Positions 18,658 to 28,438 are shown, counted from the stretch's first letter. The stretch is 64,000 bases of DNA from Acidobacteriota bacterium (GCA_016195985.1 JACPYP010000013.1:12116-76115), one strand, 5' to 3'. Program-made: numbers and translations. The notes: generated by a model not told the origin, from the letters alone.

Positions 18658-18701
18658 CAGCCCGAATGGTTTCCAACCTCAATCCTTTCCAAGGAGGTCC
18701 C

Positions 18702-18989
18702 ATGGCCATCCAGCCCCTGTCCGATCGCGTCATGCTGAAGCGCGTCGATCCCGCCGAAGTCGTCAAGGGCGGCATCATCATCCCCGACACCGCCAAGGAG
18801 AAGCCCATGGAGGCTGAAGTGGTGGCCGTGGGAGAGGGCAAGATCAACGAGAACGGCACCCGCAACCCCATGTCCGTCAAGGCCGGCCAGAAGGTGTTGA
18901 TCGGCAAGTACAGCGGCACCGAAGTGAAGATCGACGGCGTCGATCACGTGATCGTGCGCGAGGACGAAATCCTGGCGATCGTGGGCTAG
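18702..18989 (+). CDS. groES: Co-chaperonin GroES
   Basis: PLSDRV, GGIIIPDTAKEKP, REDEILA; AGGAGG RBS. Confidence 0.98.
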   Translation: MAIQPLSDRVMLKRVDPAEVVKGGIIIPDTAKEKPMEAEVVAVGEGKINENGTRNPMSVKAGQKVLIGKYSGTEVKIDGVDHVIVREDEILAIVG

Positions 18990-18993
18990 AACT

Positions 18994-20759
<1,766 letters not shown>

Positions 20760-20782
20760 TCGACCGCGGCTTCGCGGTTCAA

Positions 20783-20816
20783 GCAAAGGCCCTGCGGATG
20801 CGGGGCCTTTGCGTTT
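20783..20816 (+). terminator. Intrinsic terminator after groEL
   Basis: GCAAAGGCCCTGC-ggat-GCGGGGCCTTTGC followed by GTTT. Confidence 0.8.
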
Positions 20817-20887
20817 CGGGCCCTTGGTCTTCCTGTTGCGGGGGAAGGAACTCCGGTAGCATTCCGGAAACCCCACAAGAGGCACCC

Positions 20888-21394
20888 ATGGCCAGCGGCG
20901 CGGAGTGGCTGAAGGAATTCGATCTGGAAATGTCCCGGACCAGGCGCGTCCTGACGCGGGTTCCCGAGGACCGTCTGGGCTGGCGGCCTCATCCGAAGTC
21001 CTGGACGCTGGCAGAGCTCGCCACGCACGTGGCCTGGATCCCTTCCTGGGCGATGGCCGCTCTGCGCTTCCCAGAGATGGATCTGGCCTCTTCCGACAGC
21101 CCTCCGACGCCCAAGGCCGCGACCAGCACGGCCGACCTGATGGCCCTTTTCGACGGACAGTTGGCAGTGGCCCGGGCTTCGCTGGAAGCCTCCGACGAGG
21201 CGACGTTCGCCATGCCCTGGTCCCTTCGAGCAGGAGAGCAGATCTTCTTCACCCAAACCCGCGGTGAAGTCCTGCGGACTTTCGTGATGAACCACCTCAT
21301 CCACCATCGGGGCCAACTGGAAGTGTACCTGCGCGTGAATGACGTGCCTCTGCCGGCCCTTTACGGGCCCAGTGCGGACGAGGGGGGGATATGA
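20888..21394 (+). CDS. DinB/YfiT family protein
   Basis: WRPHPKSWTLAELATH and HLIHHRGQL metal-binding His motifs. Confidence 0.92.
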   Translation: MASGAEWLKEFDLEMSRTRRVLTRVPEDRLGWRPHPKSWTLAELATHVAWIPSWAMAALRFPEMDLASSDSPPTPKAATSTADLMALFDGQLAVARASLEASDEATFAMPWSLRAGEQIFFTQTRGEVLRTFVMNHLIHHRGQLEVYLRVNDVPLPALYGPSADEGGI

Positions 21395-21510
21395 GCGCGG
21401 CGCGAAGGATGATGGGATTTGGTCTCAGGAGCAGTTTTCGACATTGACTGCCAAAACCAGTCGCAGCCTGCTTTATGACTGCCTGACAAACCCCCTCGAT
21501 GTCACGAGAC

Positions 21511-21532
21511 GCCCCGGACCTCCGGGGCTTTT
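21511..21532 (+). terminator. Intrinsic terminator separating dinB from the downstream redox module
   Basis: GCCCCGGA-cc-TCCGGGGC-TTTT. Confidence 0.75.
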
Positions 21533-21560
21533 GTCTTACTAATGACAATAAAGTCTTTTT

Positions 21561-21675
21561 TAATTACCACCTATGGGTTGACTATGATCTGAAACAGGCG
21601 GATCCTTCCCTCGAATCCTCCGGAATGTCTTCCCGGGCGGATAGACAGGACCAGGGCCCATGACCACGGAACATC
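21561..21675 (+). promoter_or_regulatory. Leader element copy A (promoter + hairpin + imperfect palindrome)
   Basis: TAATTACCACC box, TTGACT(21578)-N17-GATCCT(21601), hairpin 21615-21642; aligns with 23731-23847. Confidence 0.75.
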
Positions 21676-21748
21676 TGCAAGACGGAGTGAATCCCGCCAT
21701 TCCTGGAACGCATTCAATCGGCTTGTCCCTCTTTGACCGGAGCGTTCG

Positions 21749-22516
21749 ATGATTCAAAAGAAAGCAATGCTGATCGACATTTCGATGTGCGTGGGCTGCA
21801 ACGCCTGCCAGGACGGCTGCAAGGCGGAGAACAAGCTGGCGCCGAGCGAGGAGAAACGCCTGTCTCCCACGGCCTACACGGCCCTGAGCGAACACAACGG
21901 CAAGTTCGTCCGCCACATGTGCCAGCACTGCGACGTGCCCACCTGCGTGTCGGTGTGTCCCGTGGCGGCCTTCACCAAGACGGCCGAGGGGCCGGTGCTT
22001 TACGACGCCAACAAGTGCATCGGCTGCCGGTACTGCATGCAGGCCTGCCCCTTCAAGGTGCCGCGTTACGAGTGGGCCAGCACCAAGCCGCGCGTGCAGA
22101 AATGCATCTTCTGCGCGCCGCGCATCACCAAGGGCCTGCAGCCTGCCTGCGCCGAAGCCTGCCCCACCGGCGCCACGAAGTTCGGCGACCGGGATGAACT
22201 CATTCTGGAAGCCAGCAACCGCATGCAGGCCGAGCCCGGCAAGTATGTCGCCAAGATCTACGGGCAGAAGGACGTGGGGGGGACTTCCATCCTCTTCATC
22301 AGCCCCGTGCCCTTCGAGGAGCTGGGTTTCGACACGCGGCTCGGGGACACGCCCATGCCCCTGCTGACCCTGAGCGCCATGTCGAAGATCCCCAACGTGG
22401 TCAGCATGGGCGGAGTCATGCTCGCGGGCATCTGGTGGATCACCAACCGCCGCGCCGAGGTCCAGCACTACGAAGCTTCCCTGAAACACGACGCCACTTC
22501 CAAGACGCAGGAATAG
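21749..22516 (+). CDS. 4x[4Fe-4S] electron-transfer subunit (HybA/FdnH/NrfC family) with C-terminal TM
   Basis: CVGCNACQDGC, CQHC..PTCVSVCP, CIGCRYCMQACP, KCIFC...PACAEACP; GGTS; C-terminal TM; no twin-arginine leader. Confidence 0.93.
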   Translation: MIQKKAMLIDISMCVGCNACQDGCKAENKLAPSEEKRLSPTAYTALSEHNGKFVRHMCQHCDVPTCVSVCPVAAFTKTAEGPVLYDANKCIGCRYCMQACPFKVPRYEWASTKPRVQKCIFCAPRITKGLQPACAEACPTGATKFGDRDELILEASNRMQAEPGKYVAKIYGQKDVGGTSILFISPVPFEELGFDTRLGDTPMPLLTLSAMSKIPNVVSMGGVMLAGIWWITNRRAEVQHYEASLKHDATSKTQE

Positions 22517-22518
22517 CC

Positions 22519-23649
22519 ATGGCCTCCTACAAATCCTCTCGCATCACCGTGTGGAGCGTCATCGCCGCCACCTTGATCACCACGGGCGTCGCGGCAGCCA
22601 TCGCCCGGTTCACCCTGGGCCTCGGGGCCACCACCAACCTCAGCGACACCTTCCCCTGGGGCCTCTGGATCGGCTTCGATTTCCTGGGCATCGGCCTGGC
22701 CGCCGCAGGGTTCACCATCGTGGCGGCAGTGCATCTGTTCCACGCCACGGAGTATGAGCCCATCGTGCGGCCCGCCATCCTCACGGCCTTCATCGGCTAC
22801 CTGCTGGTGGTCCTGGTGCTGGTCATCGATCTGGGGCGCCCCGAGCACTTCTGGCATCCGCTGGTGATGTGGAATCCCCACTCGGTGATGTTCGAGATCA
22901 CCTGGTGCGTGATCCTCTACACCACCGTGCTGTCCATGGAGTTCGCGCCCATCGTGCTTGAGAAATTCAACATGCACGCCCCCATCAAGTGGATCCACAG
23001 CGTGTCGCTGCCCCTCATGGTGATGGGAGTCCTTCTGTCCACGCTGCACCAGTCCTCCTTCGGCTCGCTCTACCTGATCGTGCCCAACCGGCTGCATCCG
23101 CTCTGGTACACCCCGCTGCTCCCGGTGCTGTTCTTCGTGTCCTGCATCGCTTCCGGCATCTCCATGGTGCTCATCGAATCCCTGATCTTCTCCCGCAATG
23201 GACGCCGGATCCTGCCCACCGCGCTGCGGGCCAAGCTGGCCAAGATCACCGCCATCGCCCTGGCCATGTACCTCGTGATCCGCGTCCAGGACATGGTTTC
23301 ACGCGGCGTGTTCCACCACGCGAAGCACCTCAGCTACCACAGCATCGCCTTCTGGGCCGAGCTCCTCATCGGATTCGCCGTTCCGCTCGCCCTGCTGCTC
23401 ATCACCAGGGTGCGCACCTCCCGCCGCGGGCTTTACATCGCTTCCCTGATGGTGCTGGCGGGCTTCGCCCTGAACCGCATGAACACGGCCATCACGGGCC
23501 TGGAAGACTGGCCTGCGCGGACCTACTTCCCCTCTCTGTTGGAAGTGCTCATCACCCTGGGCATCGCCGCCATCGGCTTCACGGCCTTCTCGTTCATCGC
23601 CCGCCGCCTCCCGATTTTCGCCCCCGAGCCCCTTCCGCCCCAGGCCTGA
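22519..23649 (+). CDS. NrfD/PsrC family integral membrane quinone-interacting subunit (HybB/HmcC-like)
   Basis: PWGLWIGFD, DLGRP, NPHSVMFEI, LSTLHQSSFGSL; about 10 TM. Confidence 0.92.
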   Translation: MASYKSSRITVWSVIAATLITTGVAAAIARFTLGLGATTNLSDTFPWGLWIGFDFLGIGLAAAGFTIVAAVHLFHATEYEPIVRPAILTAFIGYLLVVLVLVIDLGRPEHFWHPLVMWNPHSVMFEITWCVILYTTVLSMEFAPIVLEKFNMHAPIKWIHSVSLPLMVMGVLLSTLHQSSFGSLYLIVPNRLHPLWYTPLLPVLFFVSCIASGISMVLIESLIFSRNGRRILPTALRAKLAKITAIALAMYLVIRVQDMVSRGVFHHAKHLSYHSIAFWAELLIGFAVPLALLLITRVRTSRRGLYIASLMVLAGFALNRMNTAITGLEDWPARTYFPSLLEVLITLGIAAIGFTAFSFIARRLPIFAPEPLPPQA

Positions 23650-23730
23650 ACTGTGGCGTCTCGACCATGCCTTTTCGCAGCCACGTTCGCTTTGATGGGC
23701 CACGGATTGCCGGTTCGTCAAAGCTTGAGC

Positions 23731-23847
23731 TAATTACTACCAAAAGGTTGACTATGCTCCAGCGAGGGCGGATCCTTCACATGAGTCCACCCGGAACTTC
23801 CTTTCGGGCTGGATTGACAGAGCGGGAATCCATGATCATGGAACTTC
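23731..23847 (+). promoter_or_regulatory. Leader element copy B (promoter + hairpin + palindrome)
   Basis: TAATTACTACC box, TTGACT(23748)-N17-GATCCT(23771), hairpin 23784-23815, perfect palindrome TCCATGATCATGGA 23829-23842. Confidence 0.75.
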
Positions 23848-23923
23848 CTACCGCCCATTTCAACAGCGCCACCAGTGGCACCCGCTGGCCGTTCGCCCAC
23901 GACTCGGAAAAGGGAGCCTGACC

Positions 23924-25450
23924 ATGCGGACCCGCATCGGCACTCGTCTCATCCTTGGCGCCGGCCTGACGACGGCGGCCGTCATCGGCGGAATGGCATT
24001 CACGGTCATCCGTTCGCACACAGCGCAGCTGCTGGCGGAGCGGACCCGAAGCGCCGACCAGCTGAGCGAGACCATCAAGAGCTCCACCCATTTCGACATG
24101 CTTGAGAACCGGCGGGACAACCTCCACCGCCAGATCCGCTCCGTGGGCGGCCTGCAGGGGCAGGGGATCCGCAAGGTGCGGGTGTTCAACAAGGAAGGCC
24201 GGATCATGTTTTCCTCGTCGGCCGAAGAGATCGGCACCAGCCTGGATACCCGGGGCGAGGCCTGCTATGCCTGCCATCAGGAAGGCCGTCCTTTGGAGCG
24301 CCTGGAGATCAACGCGAGGGCCCGAACCTTCAGGACGCCGGATGGTTCCCGGGTGCTGGGGCTTATCGCCCCCATCCCCAACGAGCCTTCTTGTTCCACC
24401 GCCGATTGCCATGCCCACAGCGCCAAGCAAAGCCTCCTGGGTGTTCTGGATGTCAACGTTTCCCTGGACGAAGTGGACCGGGAGATCTCCCGAAGCCGGG
24501 CGGTCATCATCTCGTCGGCGGTCCTGGCCGTTCTGGCGGGCAGTCTCATGCTTTGGTGGCTCAACCGAAGGCTGGTCGTCCGGCCGGTGGCGGCGCTGGT
24601 GGAAGGGACGCGGCGCGTCAGCGAGGGCGACCTTTCGGCGACCATTCCTGTGAACGGGCGGCATGAGCTCAGCCAGTTGGCCCGGGCCTTCAACGACATG
24701 ACCGGCAATCTGGCGGACACGCACCGCCAGCTGGCCCAGGCCGACAAGCTTGCCTCCGTGGGCCGCCTGGCCGCGGGCATCGCCCACGAGATCAACAACC
24801 CGCTGACGGGCGTTCTCAGCTACGCCTCGCTCCTGCGCAAACGCATGGCGGAAGATGTGTCCGCCTGCGAGGACCTGGACGTGATCGTGCGGGAGACGGT
24901 GCGCTGCCGGGGCATCATCCGCGGCCTGCTGGATTTCGCCCGTCCCGCGGCACCCGCCCGCAAGCCCATGGACCTGAACGACGTGGTCCGCCGTTCGGTG
25001 TCCGTGGTGATGACGCAGCTGTCCCTCCATCACGTGGATCTGTCCCTGGGACTGGCGACGGACCTGCCTCTGGTCCAGGCGGATGCGAACCAGATCGAGC
25101 AGGTGGTTGTAAACCTCCTGCTGAATGCTGCCGATGCCATTGGAGAGGCGGGCGGGAACATCCGGGCCACCACCCGTCCGGGCCTCGGGGGCAGCATCGA
25201 GCTCCTCCTTCAAGACAGCGGACACGGCATTCCCGCTGAAGACCTTCCCCGCATCTTTGAACCGTTCTTCACCACCAAGGGCAACCATGGCACCGGTTTG
25301 GGGCTGGCGGTGAGCTGGGGCATCGTGGAGGCCCACGGCGGCGCCCTGGAGGTCCAGAGCGAACTGGGCCAGGGCACCTGCTTCACCCTCCGGTTGCCCA
25401 CCAATCCCGATTCCGAAGGCAGCAAGCCGATTCTTCCCACTCTCACCTAG
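23924..25450 (+). CDS. Sensor histidine kinase with periplasmic heme-c motifs, HAMP, HisKA, HATPase
   Basis: TM1, CYACH and CSTADCH between the TMs, TM2, HAMP, AHEINNPL, NAADA, DSGHG, GTGLGL. Confidence 0.93.
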   Translation: MRTRIGTRLILGAGLTTAAVIGGMAFTVIRSHTAQLLAERTRSADQLSETIKSSTHFDMLENRRDNLHRQIRSVGGLQGQGIRKVRVFNKEGRIMFSSSAEEIGTSLDTRGEACYACHQEGRPLERLEINARARTFRTPDGSRVLGLIAPIPNEPSCSTADCHAHSAKQSLLGVLDVNVSLDEVDREISRSRAVIISSAVLAVLAGSLMLWWLNRRLVVRPVAALVEGTRRVSEGDLSATIPVNGRHELSQLARAFNDMTGNLADTHRQLAQADKLASVGRLAAGIAHEINNPLTGVLSYASLLRKRMAEDVSACEDLDVIVRETVRCRGIIRGLLDFARPAAPARKPMDLNDVVRRSVSVVMTQLSLHHVDLSLGLATDLPLVQADANQIEQVVVNLLLNAADAIGEAGGNIRATTRPGLGGSIELLLQDSGHGIPAEDLPRIFEPFFTTKGNHGTGLGLAVSWGIVEAHGGALEVQSELGQGTCFTLRLPTNPDSEGSKPILPTLT

Positions 25451-25459
25451 GAGGTCGCC

Positions 25460-26581
25460 ATGACCGCCGTATTGATCCTCTTCATGTTTGCGGCCTTCGT
25501 GGGCATCGATTACCTGATCCGCACGAACCTGCGCCGAATGCAGGAAAAACGGGCCCGGCAAGCCCGTGAAGCCGTGTTGAACACCGCCATTCGCCTGGAT
25601 TTCACCCACGAGGCCAAGAGCCTCAAGCGGGTCGAGGTGCCCAATCCCAAGGCCCGCATCCTCGCCGTGGACGACGAGGGCGTGGTGCTGGATTCCTTCC
25701 GGCGCATCCTCGTGCTGGAAGGCTTCAGCGTGGACACCGTGGAGCACGGACCCGAAGCCCTGGGGCTGGTTCAGCGCAACGACTACGACTTCGTGTTCAC
25801 GGACCTGAAGATGCCGGACATGGACGGCGTGGAAGTGGTGAAGGCCGTCAAGCACCTGCGCCCTGACGTGGACGTGGTCGTCATCACGGGCTACGGCAGC
25901 ATCGAGACCGCTGTCCAGACGCTGCAGCACGGCGCCTGCGAGTACGTGCAGAAGCCCTTCACCGCCGACGAGCTGGGCGAGTTCGCGCGCAAGCTGGTCA
26001 TCAAGCGCGAAGCCCGCATCCAGGCCGCCAGCCAGCCCAATGTCCGGGTGGTTTCGCCTGAAATGGCGGAGGTGATGCCCGCCTCCGAATTCTGCGTGCC
26101 TGGCGGCGCCTTCATTTCCCCGGGCCACGCCTGGGTTCGCATTGAGCCCGAAGGCCAGGTGCGCATCGGCATCGATGACTTCATCCGGAAGGCCCTGGGC
26201 TCCGTGAAGGAAATCAGCCTGCCCGAGCGCGGCAAGACCGTGAAGCAGGGCGAGACGCTCTTCACCCTCAAGAGCGCGGCGGGAACCGTCCATGTGGCCG
26301 CGCCGGTCTCAGGCCGGGTCGAGCACGACAACGCAGGCCTGAAATCCGACCCGGGAGAGCTCATCCACAGCCCCTACGACCGAGGCTGGGTCTGCCTGCT
26401 GACCCCCACGGACCTCGCGACCGAACTGCCCGGCCTGAAGATCGGCAAGCCGGTCATCGAGTGGTACCAGGAGGAGATCACCCGGCTGCGGGCGAACAAG
26501 GGCCCCGAAGGCACGGGCACCCTGGATTGGGCGGCCTTCGAACAGCAGTTCCTGGGCGGTCACGCTTCCGCGCAGGCCTGA
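25460..26581 (+). CDS. Membrane-anchored response regulator receiver fused to GcvH-like domain
   Basis: N-terminal TM; REC (AVDDE, FTDLKMP, ITGY, QKPF); H-protein motifs HAWV, VRIGIDDF, APVSGRV, PYDRGW. Confidence 0.88.
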   Translation: MTAVLILFMFAAFVGIDYLIRTNLRRMQEKRARQAREAVLNTAIRLDFTHEAKSLKRVEVPNPKARILAVDDEGVVLDSFRRILVLEGFSVDTVEHGPEALGLVQRNDYDFVFTDLKMPDMDGVEVVKAVKHLRPDVDVVVITGYGSIETAVQTLQHGACEYVQKPFTADELGEFARKLVIKREARIQAASQPNVRVVSPEMAEVMPASEFCVPGGAFISPGHAWVRIEPEGQVRIGIDDFIRKALGSVKEISLPERGKTVKQGETLFTLKSAAGTVHVAAPVSGRVEHDNAGLKSDPGELIHSPYDRGWVCLLTPTDLATELPGLKIGKPVIEWYQEEITRLRANKGPEGTGTLDWAAFEQQFLGGHASAQA

Positions 26582-26592
26582 TCCGGAATGAA

Positions 26593-26629
26593 GCGAAGGC
26601 CACGGAGGCTCAGCTTCCGTGGCCTTCGC
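26593..26629. terminator. 17-bp stem between convergent genes with the lipA stop codon as loop
   Basis: GCGAAGGCCACGGAGGC-tca-GCTTCCGTGGCCTTCGC, one G-U/mismatch. Confidence 0.6.
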
Positions 26630-27494
26630 CTGCATGGTAGCTGGAACGCACCAGGGGAGCGGATTCCACCCGCTGGAAACCCATCTCCCGCCCCTTCTGC
26701 TTGTAGAAGTCGAACTCGGCGGGCTCCACGAAGCGGTGCAGCGGCAGGTGCAGCTCCGACGGGGGGAGATACTGTCCGATGGTGGCGATGTCCACCCGGT
26801 TTGTCCGCCAATCGGCCATCAGCTCCAGCACCTGGTCGGAGGTTTCGCCCAGGCCCACCATGATGCCGCTCTTCACGCGCATGGCCGGGGCATGCTGGTC
26901 CCGCCATTCCGCCGTGCGGCGCAGGAGCGCCAGGCTCTGGGCGTAGTCCGCATCGGGCCGCACGCGCTTGTAGAGGTGGGGGACGGTCTCCACATTGTGG
27001 TTCAGCACGTCCGGTCCGGCTTCCAGGACCGCGGCCAGGGCCGCTTCGTTGCCCCGGAAATCGGGGATGAGCACTTCGATGCCGCAGTGGGGCGACAGCG
27101 TGCGGATCCACCGGATGGTGGCGGCGAAATGGGCGGAGCCGCCATCGGGCAGGTCGTCGCGGTTGACGGAGGTGACCACGGCGAACTTGAGGCCCAGGCG
27201 CGCCACGGCCTCGGCCACGCGCTGGGGCTCCCCGGGGTCCAACTCGCCCGGCTTGCCTTTGCCCACGTTGCAGAAGCCGCAGTGGCGCGTGCAGATATCG
27301 CCCATGAGCATGAAGGTGGCCGTGCGGTGGATGCCCCAGCACTCATGCAGGTTGGGGCAGCGGGCCTCTTCGCAGACCGTCACCAGGCGCTGCTCTCGGA
27401 TGAGGCCCTCCACCTCGGCCACCACCTCCGGGGCCGGGACGCGGATCTTCAGCCATTCGGGACGGGGGCCGGGAAGGACGGGAGGGCGAGCCAT
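26610..27494 (-). CDS. lipA: Lipoyl synthase (alternative start 27566)
   Basis: CEEARCPNLHEC, CTRHCGFC radical SAM motif, VTSVNRDDL, VRSSYHA. Confidence 0.97.
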   Translation of the reverse strand: MARPPVLPGPRPEWLKIRVPAPEVVAEVEGLIREQRLVTVCEEARCPNLHECWGIHRTATFMLMGDICTRHCGFCNVGKGKPGELDPGEPQRVAEAVARLGLKFAVVTSVNRDDLPDGGSAHFAATIRWIRTLSPHCGIEVLIPDFRGNEAALAAVLEAGPDVLNHNVETVPHLYKRVRPDADYAQSLALLRRTAEWRDQHAPAMRVKSGIMVGLGETSDQVLELMADWRTNRVDIATIGQYLPPSELHLPLHRFVEPAEFDFYKQKGREMGFQRVESAPLVRSSYHAGEGHGS

Positions 27495-27622
27495 AGCCTT
27501 CCATTGTGAGGGATGAATGCGGCTGTATGGACGGGCTGGGCTCCATTCTTTTTTATCGGTGTTCATTCGTGGCCAAACTTGCCTTTTTACCTTCGCGGTG
27601 GGCCCCCGGGTAGAATGGAGCC

Positions 27623-28438
27623 ATGTCCGAAAACCCTCAGGAAGTCCCTGAATCCGTGGCCGAAGTTCTGTCGGCGCCCGAGGCTCCCAAGGCCTTCGAG
27701 CCCCCCAAGGGCTTCGAAACGAAATTCGTGGGGCTGGCGTTGCACCTGTCCTCTTTCGATGGCCCCCTGGATCTCCTCCTGCATCTCATCCACGAGCAGA
27801 AGCTGGACATCCTGAATCTGCCCATGGCCGATGTGACGCGGCAGTACATGGACTACCTGAAGCTCATGGAGGAGCTGAACCTGGAGATCGCCGCGGAATT
27901 CGTGGCCATGGCGGCCCAGCTGCTTCAGATCAAGTCGCGGCTCATGCTGCCCCGGCCGCCCCAGGAATGCGGGGAGGAAGATCCGCGCGAGGCCCTGGTA
28001 CAGCGCCTACTGGACTACCAGCAGGTGAAGGCCGCGGCCCTGGCACTGTCGGACCGCGAATCCGATTGGCAGAAGGTGGCCTTTGCGCCGGGCATCGATC
28101 TGGACGATCACAAGCGCGTGGAGGACGAACCCATCCGCGCGACCCTTTTCGATCTGCTCGGGGCCTACCGCGAGGCTCTCAAGCGGCTCATGCCTCCCCC
28201 GCCGGTGCAGGTGCGCACCCAGCCGAAAACCCTGGAACAGCGCGTCATGGAAGTCCTCAGCAACCTCCAGGATGGCCTCTGGAAGCCCTTCCAGGGCCTG
28301 CTGGGTCAGGTGCGCACCCGGGAGGAGCTGGTGCTTACGTTCCTGGCCTTGCTTGAACTGGTGCGCACGGGGCGCATCTCCTTGGTGCAGGGCGAGACCT
28401 TCGGGGAGATCCGGGTCAAGGCTTCCGAGGCCGCGTGA
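27623..28438 (+). CDS. scpA: Segregation and condensation protein A
   Basis: FDGPLDLLLHLI, AQLLQIKSRLMLP, TFLALLEL. Confidence 0.95.
   Translation: MSENPQEVPESVAEVLSAPEAPKAFEPPKGFETKFVGLALHLSSFDGPLDLLLHLIHEQKLDILNLPMADVTRQYMDYLKLMEELNLEIAAEFVAMAAQLLQIKSRLMLPRPPQECGEEDPREALVQRLLDYQQVKAAALALSDRESDWQKVAFAPGIDLDDHKRVEDEPIRATLFDLLGAYREALKRLMPPPPVQVRTQPKTLEQRVMEVLSNLQDGLWKPFQGLLGQVRTREELVLTFLALLELVRTGRISLVQGETFGEIRVKASEAA

Noticed and set aside
23814..23836. Second sigma70 promoter from TTGACA in leader B
   Set aside because: No plausible -10 at 16-18 nt spacing; copy A has TAGACA
23777..26293. 838-aa antisense ORF over the kinase and regulator
   Set aside because: Antisense shadow of two well-supported genes; same for 7668-9569, 14853-16454, 32712-34559 and 62499-63845
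21395..26610. Integrated mobile element carrying the redox module
   Set aside because: No integrase or transposase, no convincing flanking direct repeat, host-like codon usage
26610..26612. Selenocysteine read-through of the lipA UGA
   Set aside because: UGA is in the loop rather than upstream of a SECIS-like stem, and LipA is already complete after RSSYHA
27495..27566. N-terminal extension of lipA (MNTDKK...)
   Set aside because: Region looks like a degenerate intergenic repeat (atcggtgttcattcgtgg); ATG 27494 just before the RPEWLK motif is preferred, though not proven
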